Made by a program: the position numbers and the translations under genes. 64,000 nucleotides of DNA, taken from assembly GCA_964187785.1 (NCBI GenBank), contig OZ076409.1, positions 39,186,001 through 39,250,000 of the forward strand. The letters are read 5' to 3'. Shown in pieces: positions 13,187 through 25,779 of the stretch. Below the pieces are notes generated by a model, which saw nothing but the letters and a program-made list of their open reading frames with translations, was not told the DNA's origin and made no database searches. Position 1 is the first letter of the stretch, and every line of letters begins with the position of its first letter. The DNA is from Amphiscolops sp. MND2022. Lineage: Eukaryota.

Positions 13187-13316
13187 CAGTTAAATGATAG
13201 GCCATCATCAATAAGGCACTAGAAACAAAAATGCACGGTGTTAAGACATAATTGAGTCGATCTACCCAGTCGCCAAAGTGAGAATTGTAAGAAGTAGTGA
13301 GAAAAGTGGGGATCAT
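13187..13316 (-). CDS. inx: Innexin (gene B), first coding exon; the rest of the gene lies left of the window
   Basis: Reads MIPTFLTTSYNSHFGDWVDRLNYVLTPCIFVSSALLMMAYHLT-G, then the phase-1 donor G|gttagt. DxxDRLNY-TM1-G is the canonical innexin N-terminus. Confidence 0.88.
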
Positions 13317-13479
13317 GACTCCTATTTGGCTATCCGCTGGCTTAATTCACTCAAGCAAATCTGCTGCAAATATCAAAAAGATTAACTATGAACTATTCTG
13401 AAAAAACAGATCTATTACTGTAGCGTTTGGACAACTTTTGGGTATATTTGTTGATAGTGACAAAATTTGTAAGTATAAG

Positions 13480-14290
13480 AGAAGTTATAGTGCCAGGTAG
13501 AAGAGTAGAGCGAAAGTGAAGCAGAATATAAACATGATGAGCGAGACCCACCAGCACTGGTCAGACACCATTTCTGGTTTTCTGCTACCAGTCCGATTCG
13601 TGGGTTAATTTCAATTCTGACAATTTACATCAACAGTTGGGCAATATCAACTGCAAATGTGGAAGCAAATCTAACGACTCAAGGGAATCAGAACATAAAT
13701 GCAATCAAACGAACGTTGTTTAGCTTTGCAGCAGACCGAATTTTGACGCCACAAACTATAATCAGTAAAAGAACAAACACTTTCCAAGTAATGACAAAAT
13801 TGCCGTATATTTCTGCACTTACGCTCGTAGTTAGAGTACAACTGCTGAAATGGGGACTTCTTATATGAATAGAACGAACAAAAATAGAAGCTTTTTCGAC
13901 AACATATATATAACTTTTATTGTAGCATTGAATGAAGGGGCAACAAAAATCGTCCAAAAAATCTGATGCCTCTATATTCTGTATTTGTGACGTCATGAGA
14001 GTGCCTAGCTGTCTCCAACTTTTTAGCTCTCTTGATCAGAATGCAATAAAAAGTCTGGGAATTTCATGCCCACGAGAAGTAAAAGTGACATATTTGAAGA
14101 GCTCTTTGTTATAGAGACATTCCATTGTAGATCTACTTATGTATGCAAAGAAAATGCTATTCATGTCATTCCAAAGTGGTTCATCTCATGCGCGAAATCG
14201 GATGCAGTCCAACGCACTGAATGTAAATTTCAAGGGCAAGTAATGGACAGAAAGTATCACAGGACTTGATATTCGTAAAAAACTCATTCA
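13480..14290 (-). pseudogene. Possible decayed class C GPCR (GABA-B/GPR158-like) 7TM fragment
   Basis: Fragments in plausible TM order: LRISSPVILSVHYLPLKFTFSALDCIRFR; SCTLTTSVSAEIYGNFVITWKVFVLLLIIVCGVKIRSAAKLNNVRLIAF; WWVSLIMFIFCFTFALLFYL. Several stops and frameshifts. Confidence 0.35.
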
Positions 14291-14575
14291 ACCGATAAGA
14301 TTTTAAGAATTTTTAATAATGATTACCACTTCAGAGTTGAATTGATGCATTCATGATACCAAATGAAAAATCACCCACTAAAAACGCTGACATAAATTTA
14401 ACAGTTGTAGAGATTTTCTGAATTTTTTTATTTGACACCAGAATGATCCCAAAATCAACGAAAAATTCCAAAACTTTCCCATTTTCTAGATTTTAATTCA
14501 TTTTTTGTTTGCAATCTTCTACGAGGGTTAGATTATCCAAAAAATCGAAGGAAGAAGACCAGCTATCTAGAATGC

Positions 14576-14690
14576 CTTTTTAGTCGGCGCGTTTTCCCTT
14601 TAAGGAAAAATGCCCAACTATAACAGTGACCTTTTTTAGTCGGCGCGTTTTCCTTTTAAGGAAAAATCCCCGACTATAGCAGTGACTTTT
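14576..14690. repeat. Two tandem ~56-bp copies of a short interspersed repeat (tttagtcggcgcgttttcc...actata..agtgac)
   Basis: agtcggcgcg at 14582 and 14638; related single copies near 25574 and 61390. Confidence 0.7.
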
Positions 14691-14817
14691 TTCTTCAGAC
14701 CACATATCTCACACGATCGGTCCACTTTTTAGAAACATTTCTGAAACCACCTAAGGCCAAGTCCGGCCAAGGCAAACCAAAGGTCCCCCTTTCATATTTC
14801 ATTTTTTAACGTAATCT

Positions 14818-15102
14818 ACAAAACCGGACGAGACTAAAGGGTCCCCTCTTTCAATTTTTTTGGCACTGTGCGACTTTTTTTCGAAAATTTTTCAATGTCC
14901 CCAAAGGGCCCCCCTCCGAGTTTTTTGTTATTTTGAAGCAGAATGTATGTTAATAAACTCAAAAGGGTCCCCTTTTCACATTTTCCGGCACTATGCGATA
15001 TTTTTCGAAAAAAAAATTCAAAAATTTCATTTTTTTTCAAAAAAGGTTTTGCGCTTTTTGAGCCTTAGATATAGCGCCGACTTTAGACGTACTCGTCTTG
15101 TT
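14818..15102 (+). mobile_element. Non-autonomous DNA-type interspersed repeat (MITE-like)
   Basis: Imperfect inverted ends (acaaaaccggacgagactaaag ... ctttagacgtactcgtcttgtt) and internal aagggtcccc subrepeats. Related copies at ~25780-26090, ~61555-61680 and ~62050-62088. Confidence 0.65.
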
Positions 15103-17085
15103 GAAGAGAAATCCGAAAGGTTTGGTTGATCAGTGTACACTGATCAACCAAACAATTTGGATTTCTCTTTTTAAGCCGTTTTTGGAATTTTTAGGTTTGA
15201 GTGGTTTGAACACTACGGAGACTTCCAAGATAAAGCAATTAATCATCAGCGGCGCTTCTGCGATGAGCAAATTGGATTTCACTAATGAAAGAGGCCCAAA
15301 AACGACACCATAGATGACAACGGTTCCCAATTTTCCATCAGTATATCCAAAATTTGATCAGTCTTTGACCGTTTTCAAGCGTAGGCGTGTAATCACTCCG
15401 AGAGGTTTAGATTGAAACGAGCGTTTCAACGTATTTCTCAGTAAAATGATATTGTTGTTTCGTTAAAAAAATGCAATGATCCCTAGTCGAGATTGCTTGA
15501 ACTTTTTCCATGATGCATGGAAACATGCAGGCTAATTTTTTACAAAACATGGAAAATGCAGGGAGCATGCATGGAAAATTTTTGTAAAACTTCCAAGCAG
15601 TTTTTAAAATGCTTAAAGCACTTCCATGCACTTTGAAAAAACTTCCAAGGAGTTTACAGAATTTCCTAAAAAATTAGGAAGCAGAAAACGAAGGCTCCGA
15701 TCGATCTTAAATCTGCAACAACTTTAGAAAACTTTTCAAACGCTTTCTGTTCATCTTGAAACCTAGTGTAGTTCATCAAAAAATCAATCCAATGGGAAAA
15801 AATTAATTAATTCAATCATCACAAAAGGAGACAAATAAACACGAAAAAACAATTCATCACCAATCAAACTTAATTATTGTCAAATCATACCAAGTTGCTT
15901 AGGCCAAAAAGAGGTCGTATATTCAGAAATCTGCAAAACCAGGCTAGTTTCCACATCTCGAAAGTCAGTTAGAACTGCGGCCACGTCTGAAGCACTCCAA
16001 CTGCAAGGATGACGAGACCAGAAAACTTCCACTGTTGGAGAGTCTGAAACAAGAGTTTTTAAAACATTCGATACTTTGATACAAAGCAAGACAAAAAGCA
16101 AGGTTACAAAATTAGACGCTTTGCCCACAAAAACCTACAAAATTTCGCGGGTTATTTTTCTTCAATTTCCTTGATGCTGCTCTGAAAACCCGCCAAATTG
16201 TGGAGATATCCTAATAAATACCTGAACAATTAGTGACGCAGCATGAAAATTTTCAGCATGTAAACTTCACTAAGCAGCTCCCAAAAACCTAATAAATTTG
16301 CCTTGCAACCTATAAAAGCATCTAAAACTTTCGAGCACTTTCAACTAGGGATGCTTTTCAATTGTCGACAGTTTCCAGCACTTTCTGTACAACATTCGAT
16401 TGGTTCTGGATACAACATACTTCTGGATAATTGGGTGGCTTATACTACAGAGTTCAAAAATAAAATACCCATTAATGCACCATACTCTATGTGGAGTACT
16501 CCAAGGAGTACAAAGGTGATTTAAGAAAGCCTCCGAAAGACTCAAAGAATGCACGCCTTTAAAGTATTTTCTTAGTGTACAATATCCAACGAATTAAACG
16601 AGGAACAAACCAACTATCAAAGTTGTTTTCAGAAAAGAACATTCTTCCGTGTTAAACAGCTTTTAAGGTCACTCAGCCTAGAATTGACTCAAAAACGCAA
16701 AAATGCAAAGTGCCCCTCTGAGAAAAACGAAACAGAATTCCCAATCAAGTTGAAAAAATGTTTATTTTCGAAGGTTTTGTGTATTTTCTGTAGTATGAAT
16801 GATTTTGGAGCACAATAACTAAAATTTAGGTTAATTAACGTACTTTGTTTGGTAAAACGTTTTTCAGTTTTTTCAAAGCAGATCAGGTGTAGAAATTCTC
16901 ACCCTCGAGCTTTAAAAAGAATGTGGTAGCTAATTTGTTTGGAGCGGAAATAATTCCGCTGCTCACTGGGCGTCTTGTAGCTCTTTTATCATACGCATGC
17001 ACTCTTGTCAATAAATCAAAAGGTATACCACGAGCACAATCTATCGATAACTACTTCTAAACACACTTTGATGCGAATAGATTTT

Positions 17086-19103
17086 TGTAAGAAAATCTAA
17101 TTCGGGGGTCGGAGAGAGTTTTACCTCGGATTGGAAGCTTAACAGACAAAAAGGTTGTTTTAGTGAGTTAGCCAATTCTCTTGAAGTTACTGTCAATTTC
17201 TCTCTCCGAATAATGCTCTTTCGGCTCACGGTTTCCAAAAGCTTCGAGTAACGAAACAATAAAATTACTTCTTTAACGAAAACAATAACACTAAGTAATT
17301 CCAATCAGTCCAACTAACTAATATTCATCAAGTACTATCTACAATTCTCAGTAGAAGGGTACAACAACAATCGAATCCACGATTCAGCCAGGTGCGTTAG
17401 GCGCAATTCAATCTTGTTGAAGCTCCAACTTCAACCAAAATCACAAGTCCCGGACTTGTCAGTTAATCTCTTCTGCTGGCGACAACGTAATCTAGAAGTG
17501 TCTCTTGTCTCCGCGAGACTCAACCTTCTTCTAGTTCTCTTACTCGCTTGTCGAGAAACGCGAGTGTTAATTCGACAAAGTATCTTGCCTCCGCGAGACT
17601 CAACTTAATCCCAGCTTTCTAACTCGGTTCTGTCTATTCAAGTATTTTCCAAATCCGCCTCAATTATATTTGTTCAACACACGCATTTTTGTTGTTCCGA
17701 TGTCGCTCTTTTATTTGCATGCTTATTAACTTCATGTAGTGTCATTCCTTTTATTGCATGGCAGCTCCCTAGTTACATTTCGGCCGGTCATACTTCGCCG
17801 CCAACGACAAATAGGTCAACACTGGTTGTACAAGGTTCACATTTCAATAATAATTCAAGTCGCCTGAGATATTTCTAATATCGAGACAATCGTTCAATGA
17901 CCTTGGGTTACATGGTTTACATGTTCTCTACGCGTGAGGGGTACTTTTACGTCTTATTGGGTACGATGCATCGCGAATTCTCTCGCCTGACTGAATTGCA
18001 TAAATTATCACACAAACGGCGCTGATTTACATGTTTTAATGTAAGTTCTTCCATACGTTCCGGGGTTACATCTAAAATGACCTTGAGGTCCATCGATGAC
18101 CTTGAAGTTATTTGTCCTCTTCCAAAGTTGCTACATGCCAAGTTATATCATTGTAGGGTCAATAGTCTTCGAGTTACATGATATGCGTATCATTTGTTTA
18201 CTTAAGGCGGCTTGCGTGGGTTACAAATACGATTCCGTTCTTAATGGTAATCAACTACATTCGTTATTCCAGTTCGTTTGAGATATTACAAGCCAAGGTC
18301 AAATGTCTTTTATCGGTCGGACCCGCGCGTCCGGCCCCGCGTGCCTTGAACGAACATTACTCCGCGCGTGGTGGGTCGATCAATGTATCTTTCATGTATG
18401 TTACTCAGGGTCGCTAGGTGAACATCTTGGGCAAGTTTCATGATCTTCGGGTCATCCGTTGGCTATTTACATAACATTCGGAGTTTATTTACATAGGGTC
18501 TGTGCTCCTCCTACACGCGTCGTGGGTTTCCGAAAATATGCGCAAGCGGCTTAATATCCTATGAGCTATCAATTCCATACATTATCTGACTTATTCCGTG
18601 TTTGGCAGATGAGTTCGTAGGGGGGTCGACCTAGGTCTCTTCCAGTGCTAATAGCCCTGGGCTGGGGGGTCTCGGCTCGGTTCCGTTTTTTAGGCGAGTA
18701 GCATAACATCTCAGGTATTTGTTTGCCAAATTTTAGCGGGTTCGGTTCAGTAGTTCGCCGGGACGCGGGTGGTGTTTTTTTGGGATGCCACTCCTGTTCG
18801 CATAAGATAAAAACTTAGTAAAATTCGCTCGAAGCGGTCGATTCTAACTTAGCTAATTCGAACAATTTCATTGTTGACGTCACTCACTAACTTGTTAATT
18901 CTACTTAAGTACTTTCGTTTACTAAGTCATTACCTAGTTTGCCAAATAAGCCATATCGAAGCATGCTATTGTCAGCCTAGCCTGTTCAGCTGTTTTCACT
19001 ATTACGACGGTCTAAAAACATGATTAACATAGTTCTGATTAGCGTATGTACTTTGCGCAAATGCAATGGGTTTTCGTAGACGCCAAAAACTAAAATTTCC
19101 ACA
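17086..19103 (-). repeat. 3' LTR (2018 bp)
   Basis: Matches 23865-25164 apart from scattered substitutions and an extra ~0.72 kb internal segment. Confidence 0.92.
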
Positions 19104-19115
19104 CTCCTCCCTTCT
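19104..19115 (-). promoter_or_regulatory. Polypurine tract
   Basis: Minus strand AGAAGGGAGGAG directly abuts the 3' LTR TGTGG... Confidence 0.8.
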
Positions 19116-19459
19116 GGACTTTTATTCTCCCGAAGAAACTTAGCGGTACTGTCGTTGGCTGAATCGTGGGGTCTAGTTTAAACATGAACATTATGATAGG
19201 GGTTCGGGCATCGCATGATAGCACCAATCGTTAAATGTATATACACTAATGAGAAACAAGTAAAAAAAATTTCCAAACAAAGATAAATAAGAGATCAAAT
19301 CATTGAAGTATTAGCGCCTTAGCTCGGTATGGGACAATAGGACGCTTGTCTATAGACCAAAAATTGCCGATGAAAAATGAAAGTCAATATCTAAAAATCC
19401 AATTCTTTCTCATTCCAGTGTATTCAAAACTTTCCTAATTGTCCTGATCCTATTTATCT

Positions 19460-19762
19460 TCAGCCGCCCCTCAGAAGAGGTCGCAGGAATCCCTCCATGT
19501 AAAGAACCAAATTTAATACGCTCTCGTACTCCTCGCCTTCTCGCTGAGTTTGGTTCCTCACCCACGTTCCCAGAAATTCATACAGCTCCTTCCAGAGCCA
19601 TGTCCAGGGGGTTATTATAATTTCTTCCAACCGGTAAACGTCCCGGCGATAAACGGTTGCACTGATGGGTTCACCATCATAGAAACATCTAATATAGTCC
19701 AGTCTAACTGGTGTGGCATATATCGGGAGGGGCCAAACGAAACTTAGTTTTCTAAACGCCAT
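19460..19762 (-). CDS. Small hypothetical protein (100 aa) inside the LTR element
   Basis: Intact ATG-to-stop ORF with globular-protein-like composition in AT-rich surroundings. Confidence 0.5.
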   Translation of the reverse strand: MAFRKLSFVWPLPIYATPVRLDYIRCFYDGEPISATVYRRDVYRLEEIIITPWTWLWKELYEFLGTWVRNQTQREGEEYESVLNLVLYMEGFLRPLLRGG

Positions 19763-20112
19763 CTATGCAATCTGATAATGAGTATCGAATGACGGATAAT
19801 GATTCTTTATGATCAAGGCTTCATTACCCACAAGTTGATTTAGAGAGCTATTTACTGAGCAAATAATTGTTTCCGCTTTGCCAAGATCTCTTGACAAGGT
19901 TCCAAGGCTTGCGCTTATTGCCAATAACGACTTTGTTTGCTGAACAATCTAATTTTGAGTTTTCATCAAAGCTTGCGAATCAAATAATCACTTGGCCGAG
20001 TTGTCAACTAGCACTAGCCGAATCCTGAGCGTGATAAAAGTTCTCCTTTTCTATTCTTTCACTACGTGACTAGTTTCACGGGAGGCGCTGCAAGAAAATA
20101 AATCCTGGAGAC

Positions 20113-20409
20113 ATGTCTTGGGAAAACATCGATATTAGACTGTCATGGTCCTCCACCTACTATCGCAGGTTGTTTACCACCCTGTGTATGTCTATCGACG
20201 GCGGGCATGACATACATCTTAAACGGGAGAATGACGAGCAGCTCTTATTGGAATATTTATCACCGGGCTGGGTGGAGTTCACTCTGTTTCTATTAAGCCT
20301 GTCTATTCCGGGTGAGAGGGTCGAGGGCCAGACCTTCCGGATGCGGCTGGCCCGACGCGAGCTACAACGAGTATTTAAAAAGACGACGCCGCCAGACTTT
20401 TTATCTTAA
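20113..20409 (+). CDS. Small hypothetical protein (98 aa), antisense to the LTR element
   Basis: Intact ATG-to-stop ORF, divergent from 19460-19762 and with weak pattern similarity to it. Confidence 0.5.
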   Translation: MSWENIDIRLSWSSTYYRRLFTTLCMSIDGGHDIHLKRENDEQLLLEYLSPGWVEFTLFLLSLSIPGERVEGQTFRMRLARRELQRVFKKTTPPDFLS

Positions 20410-21099
20410 AACATAAATACCATCACTTTCATCCTAAGTTCATCTTTCATCCCTTCATCCCTACAACCTACTAGAAATAAGTTTTAGCAATTTTCTTTTT
20501 GGCATTGCGCAGTGGAATAGTTCGACCGAGTCTACTTTAAATGTTCGAGAAAAGGTTTAGATTGCTTAGGCCGGTCTATCTGTGGTGTGATAAATAACAA
20601 AGAGAGTAGCACTAGGGTAGGGGCTATGAGATAGAGGGTGTGGGTATGTTCGTGGGCACAGCAAAAGAGAAATGGTTGGGGTCGGCGGTTTGGGATAAAC
20701 AAAGTTTAAAAACATAATTTCAACATGTATTAAATGAAGTCAATATGTTGGGTTGGGTCCTCAAAAAAAGAATAGAAAAAGGCCATTCCCGAATTTCTGC
20801 GTGTAAAGTCCACTTCTTTCTAGGCAGCGAACAAAACAAAAAAACGTTGTAGCTTCAATACTGTAACATCGTTGCTCCAAAAACACAAATGCTACGCCAT
20901 GCAGAAATTCAGCTAGTTTGGTCACATATTTTGGATCACATTGCTAGTTTGATGCAAGAAAAAAAGTAGTTCAAAATTCAAAAAAAGTAAGAAGTTGATG
21001 TTTGTAATTAATGACTAATCTTTTGTCACCAGTTTGCATTTGACGTCTCACAGTCTTATGGGAAGGCATCTTGTGAACACATTGTCGTCACCCGATGGG

Positions 21100-23760
21100 T
21101 TATCTTTTCATCGAGTTTTGCGCTGCATATCCTTTCGTTTTCCACCTTCCGTGCTTCATGTGACTGATCCAGCTGCAAGAATTAGCGCTCGGCACAGCCA
21201 CATTTTGTTTTTGTTCCGCACCAGCCTCGCAATGTCCACTGTCACTGACACGTCTTGAAGCTGGCCTCTTCTGGGGTTCGTATGCGGCTGGCGTGTGGCA
21301 GAACCAATTCCCTTCTGGAGTTAACATCGCCTTGCGCATCGCTTGGCCTGTATCGCCACCGTCAAGTTTCATTCGTCGTCTGTCGTAGACTTCCCTCGCA
21401 GTCCTGTGCTCGTCTCCCATGGTAGGGACACTCTTCGATAAGTTCCATGCCTTGAGTTGACTCTCTCTCGCTTGGTCATCCAGTGATCTACAACTCAATT
21501 CTCGGAGCTCACCCACCGATGTCATCTTAGTCTCGTGGCAAGGATGCTTCGAACAAATCCTCGAGAGTTTAATGAACATCATTCGTGAGGGCGTGCTGAG
21601 AGGTTTCCCTTCTAGAATTTGTCCACGTGGATTGACTCGAGAGACTTCAGCCAGCTTCTCATTCACTTCTGTGTGGTTGTTTTTCATACCAACGTTCAGG
21701 ACACTCGTGTTCGCGTTTGAACTATCAGTATCCGAGAGCATCAGCTCATCTCCAGGACATCCTTGTTGTCGAATCCAACTTCGATCTCTCTGTTCGAAGG
21801 TGTAGGGTGCTTTGCCTTGTCTCCAATTCGTGGCTCGGTAGCGGCTTCCGGAGGAAAGGCAATGCATGTGTTGCACCCAGTCTTCCTCACGCATCCGTGA
21901 CCCACCTCGTTCCCAATGAACAAACGGAGGACAAAGCACATGGTACCATCCGTTTGAACTTCTGAGCAAAGCAAGCGTTCGAGGGCCAAGTCGTTTCCCT
22001 GGCATAAAGTACGTTCACTTGCACCCACCAGGCAACCATGAGCCACAGAAATGAAGTCCAAACTCGTATCTTGAGTCTAGCGCCGCTTGCCTTTGTCAGT
22101 TTTGTATCAACGTTGTGGTCTGGCACACACTGCGACGCTGCCCTTGCAACTCGAGCACTGTATCTCGGACCCCATTGCGGTTAATCTTCAACAGCCAAAG
22201 TCTGAACCCCGTGCGACGGCTTTTCTGCTTCTGCCTTTTGCACATATATCCAGTGCTGATGGTCATGCTTCACGCATTCTAGTTTCAAATCAGCTAGCTC
22301 TTCTCTGGCTTTGAAGTAACATTCCACTGCTTGGGTGGTGCAGTGCCCACTTTCGACTTCCCACGTTTCATCAGTTCTTTGCGAGAGCTCCATTCGTACC
22401 TACAAAGTGGAAGCACATCTTTCAATGGACAGCGTCGTTCTCTCGGCACTTATTTGTTCCAAATCGGCAGCTGCTGCTTCATGGTTCAGTCGAACCACTG
22501 CGCTTTCAATCAAGCCGCGCTCTGGACGATCAACGTAATCCATTTGAACGTTTATCTTCACATCATACTCAACCCAAAGGCGTTGAACAACAACTTCTCC
22601 AGATCTCACGTGGAAAACTGATGAACGCTCAGCAACTTCATTGTTCCACATCAAAGTTTCTGGGGTTGGCACCAACTTGTAATCTTTTTCTGGCGCTGTG
22701 AGGCTCGCATGGTTTCCGCTGACAAGTCCTGCTTTCCTGCTTTTGTCAAATTGTCTAAGAGCCTCTGCCAGTGTCACCAGCTCGTACGGACAATCATAGT
22801 CATCGTCACTATACAACTCGCTCCAGAGCTCATCGTTCTCTTCATCCGAGCTATCTTCGTTACTGGAATAACTCCACAATTTGCTCCGTCGATTCTGCTT
22901 GCGCACAGTTCCTTCTTGTTCCCTAACAAGATGATCGAACTCATCATCACTGTCTTCACATCCAAAACATGAGGCTCTCCATGATGTTGTTGACGGCGCT
23001 GCACGTCCAGCTTGCGTAATGTCCGTGGCAGTTTTCGCCCGATTTACTTCCATTTCGGTTTGATCAGCTCTGGGAGGGAAACTCGAGTTGTCGACAAATA
23101 ATGTTTTGGAAACCTTCGTCACTCTAGACCACTCTATTGTGTCCTTGGTCAGTCGGCGACTACTCTTCGTGAGCTTGCGCCTCAGCGTCGAAAAGTCGAA
23201 CTTGATGCAATTTAGCACACAACACATCCAATTGACTCACCAAACTGTCTTTGTGTACCAACACGCGAACAATCATGGTAATTTTCACAGGTTCCTTCAC
23301 AACATCTCGGAGGCACTCGTCGCTCAAGCCCGAGAAACAATTGGAAGCCCAATGCTCATCGCTGAATGTTGTCAGAGCAAGCGTCATGAATGCGCCTACT
23401 CTTCGTGCATAGTCTGAGATAATTTCTTCTTTCCTCTGTCGAAGCTCAAGAAGCAAACGTTCTTCAATAAGTTCAATATGGGAAACTCCAATCACTTGAA
23501 CAGTTCGGCTGAGAAGGTCCGAAACACTAGGTCTCTCCAATTCTACTTCAACAAACAGCTTGGCTTCCAAAAATGTATTAAACAAAGCTCCCCTAAGAGA
23601 TTTCGATGTTTCTTGGCAACACTTCTGGTAGTTCCATATCAACTGTTCGGCCGTGCTCAAGAACTTCAGCATCCACCCTCTCCAGCTGGGGGCATTGCTA
23701 CTTGGGAACTCTCCGACGAACACTTGGTCTCCTCCAAGACCTCTTTCCTAAGTATCCATC
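21100..23760 (-). pseudogene. gag: Fragmented gag-like polyprotein with an unidentified downstream part
   Basis: ORF 23160-23723 has retrotransposon capsid-like motifs (WRGWMLKF..AEQLIW..LRGA; RQRKEEIISDYARRV; FSGLSDECLR). It is followed by broken ORFs 22400-23227, 22181-22393 and 21100-22005 with no RT or IN motif. Confidence 0.6.
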
Positions 23761-23846
23761 TCTCAAGTTGATAACTCAGCAAAATCTACTTGTTCCTTCA
23801 AAAAGAGTCCACAAACGTTGTCAGTAACATCAAAAAGAATGCGTAG

Positions 23847-23863
23847 CCCACCCAGGAGCACCA
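23847..23863 (-). promoter_or_regulatory. Primer binding site, tRNA-Ile(TAT)-like
   Basis: Minus strand TGGTGCTCCTGGGTGGG begins 1 nt after the LTR end; similar to the complement of the tRNA-Ile(TAT) 3' end (...cctggagcaCCA, from recall). Confidence 0.6.
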
Positions 23864-23864
23864 C

Positions 23865-25164
23865 TGTAAGAAAATCCAATTCGGGGTCGGAGAGAGTTTT
23901 ACCTCGGATTGGAAGCTTAACAGACAAAAAGGTTGTTTTAGTGAGTTAGCCAATTCTCTTGAAGTTACTGTCAATTTCTCTCCGAATGTTGCTCTCCACG
24001 TGTGAGGGGTACTTTTCCGTCCTTTTGGGGCGCAATGCATCGCGAATTCTCTCGCCTGACTGAATTGCATAAATTATCACACAAACGGCGCTGATTTACA
24101 TGTTTTAATGTAAGTTCTTCCATACGTTCCGAGGTTACATCTAAAATGACCTTGAGGTCCATCGATGACATTGAAGTTATTTGTCCTCTTCCAAAGTTGC
24201 TACATGCCAAGTTATATCATTTTAGGGTCAATAGTCTTCGAGTTACATGATGACATCATTTGTTTACTTAAGGCGGGTTGCGTGGGTTACAAATACGATT
24301 CCGTTCTTAGTGGTAATCGACTACATTCGTTATTCCAGTTCGTTTGAGATATTACAAGCCAAGGTCAAATGTCTTTTATCGGTCGGGCCCGCGCGTCCGG
24401 CCCCGCGTGCCTTGAACAAACATTACTCCGCGCGTGGTGGATCGATCAATGTATCTTTCATGTATGTTACTCAGGGTCGCTAGGTGAACATCTTGGGCAA
24501 GTTTCATGATCTTCGGGTCATCCGTTGGCTATTTACATAACATTCGGGGTTTATTTACATAGGGTCTGTGCTCCTCCTACACGCGTCGTGGGTTTCCGAA
24601 AATATGCGCAAGCGGCTTAATATCCTATGAGCTATCAATTCCATACATTATCTGACTTATTCCGTGTTTGGTCGATGAGTTCGTAGAAGGGTCGACCTAG
24701 GTCTCTTCCGGTGCTAATAGCCCGGGGCTGGGGGTCTCGGCTCGGTTCCGTTTTTTAGGCGAGTAGCACAACATCTCAGGTATTTGTTTGCCAAATTTCA
24801 GCGGGATCGGTTCAGTAGTTCGCCGGGACGGGGGGTGGTGTTTTTTTGTGATGCCCCTCCTGTTCGCATAAGATAACAACTAAGTAAAATTCGCTCGAAG
24901 CGGTCGATTCTAACTTAGCTAATTCGAACAATTTCAATGCTGACGTCACTCACTAACTTCTTAATTCTACTTAAGAACTTTCGTTTACTAAGTAAATACC
25001 TAGTTTGCCAAATAAGCCATATCGAAGCATGCTATTGTCAGCCTGTTCAGCTGTTTTCACTATTACGACGGTCTAAAAACATGATTAACATAGTTCTGCC
25101 TAGCGTATGTACTTCGCGCAAATGCAATGGGTTTTCGTAGACGCCAAAAACTAAAATTTCCACA
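23865..25164 (-). repeat. 5' LTR (1300 bp; lacks ~0.72 kb present in the other LTR)
   Basis: At ~23995 it jumps from the sequence seen at ~17218 to the sequence seen at ~17928. Confidence 0.92.
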
Positions 25165-25779
25165 ATTTTCTTGCACCTTTTTGTAAAAATCACGATATGT
25201 TCTTAATGCTCGCGCGTGAGAACTTCTGAGCATTTTTTGTGATGGAACACTTTGATAAAATGTTTTTCCAAGTGAAGTATGTTCAATTTCTACTAAGATT
25301 TTGTTATTGAAATCCATGATTATTTACACTACGAAAACAATACCGAGAAAAATTTTCGTCGATCTTAAAGGAAAGCATGAAACGTTCGAAAATGGACATT
25401 TCATTGGGTCTTGTTAATTTGAAAAATATCGCCAGAGTTTTAATTTTGAGGAAATGGTAAACAGGCAATCATTGTGTGTCCGAACGCTCTCAATATTAAT
25501 TTCCACCTAAATGAACTGTTTAACACAGATGAAAATTGAATAAAAGTTGCATCGAAATGCATATAAAGGTCTATTTAGTCGGCACTTTTCGTAGAAATAA
25601 CGCAGACTAAAGTAGTGACTTTTTTCCTTTTTTTCAAGACCAACGAAGTGAAAGATTTTAAAAGCTTTATAAGCTGGCTTCCACTAACAGCCACACTAAT
25701 TTAGCTTCTTCTGCTTCTGATTTTGAGGCTTTTTTGAGGTCTGCCAAGCATAAGGACCTGTCTCGAAGGAGTCTCGTCC

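Larger units (their letters stand above)
17086..25164 (-). mobile_element. Complete non-autonomous LTR retrotransposon (gag-like ORF, no RT/RH/IN)
   Basis: Direct repeats TGTAAG...TCCACA at both ends; 5-bp TSD ATTTT (17081-17085 and 25165-25169); PBS inside the right LTR boundary and PPT beside the left LTR give minus orientation. Confidence 0.92.
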
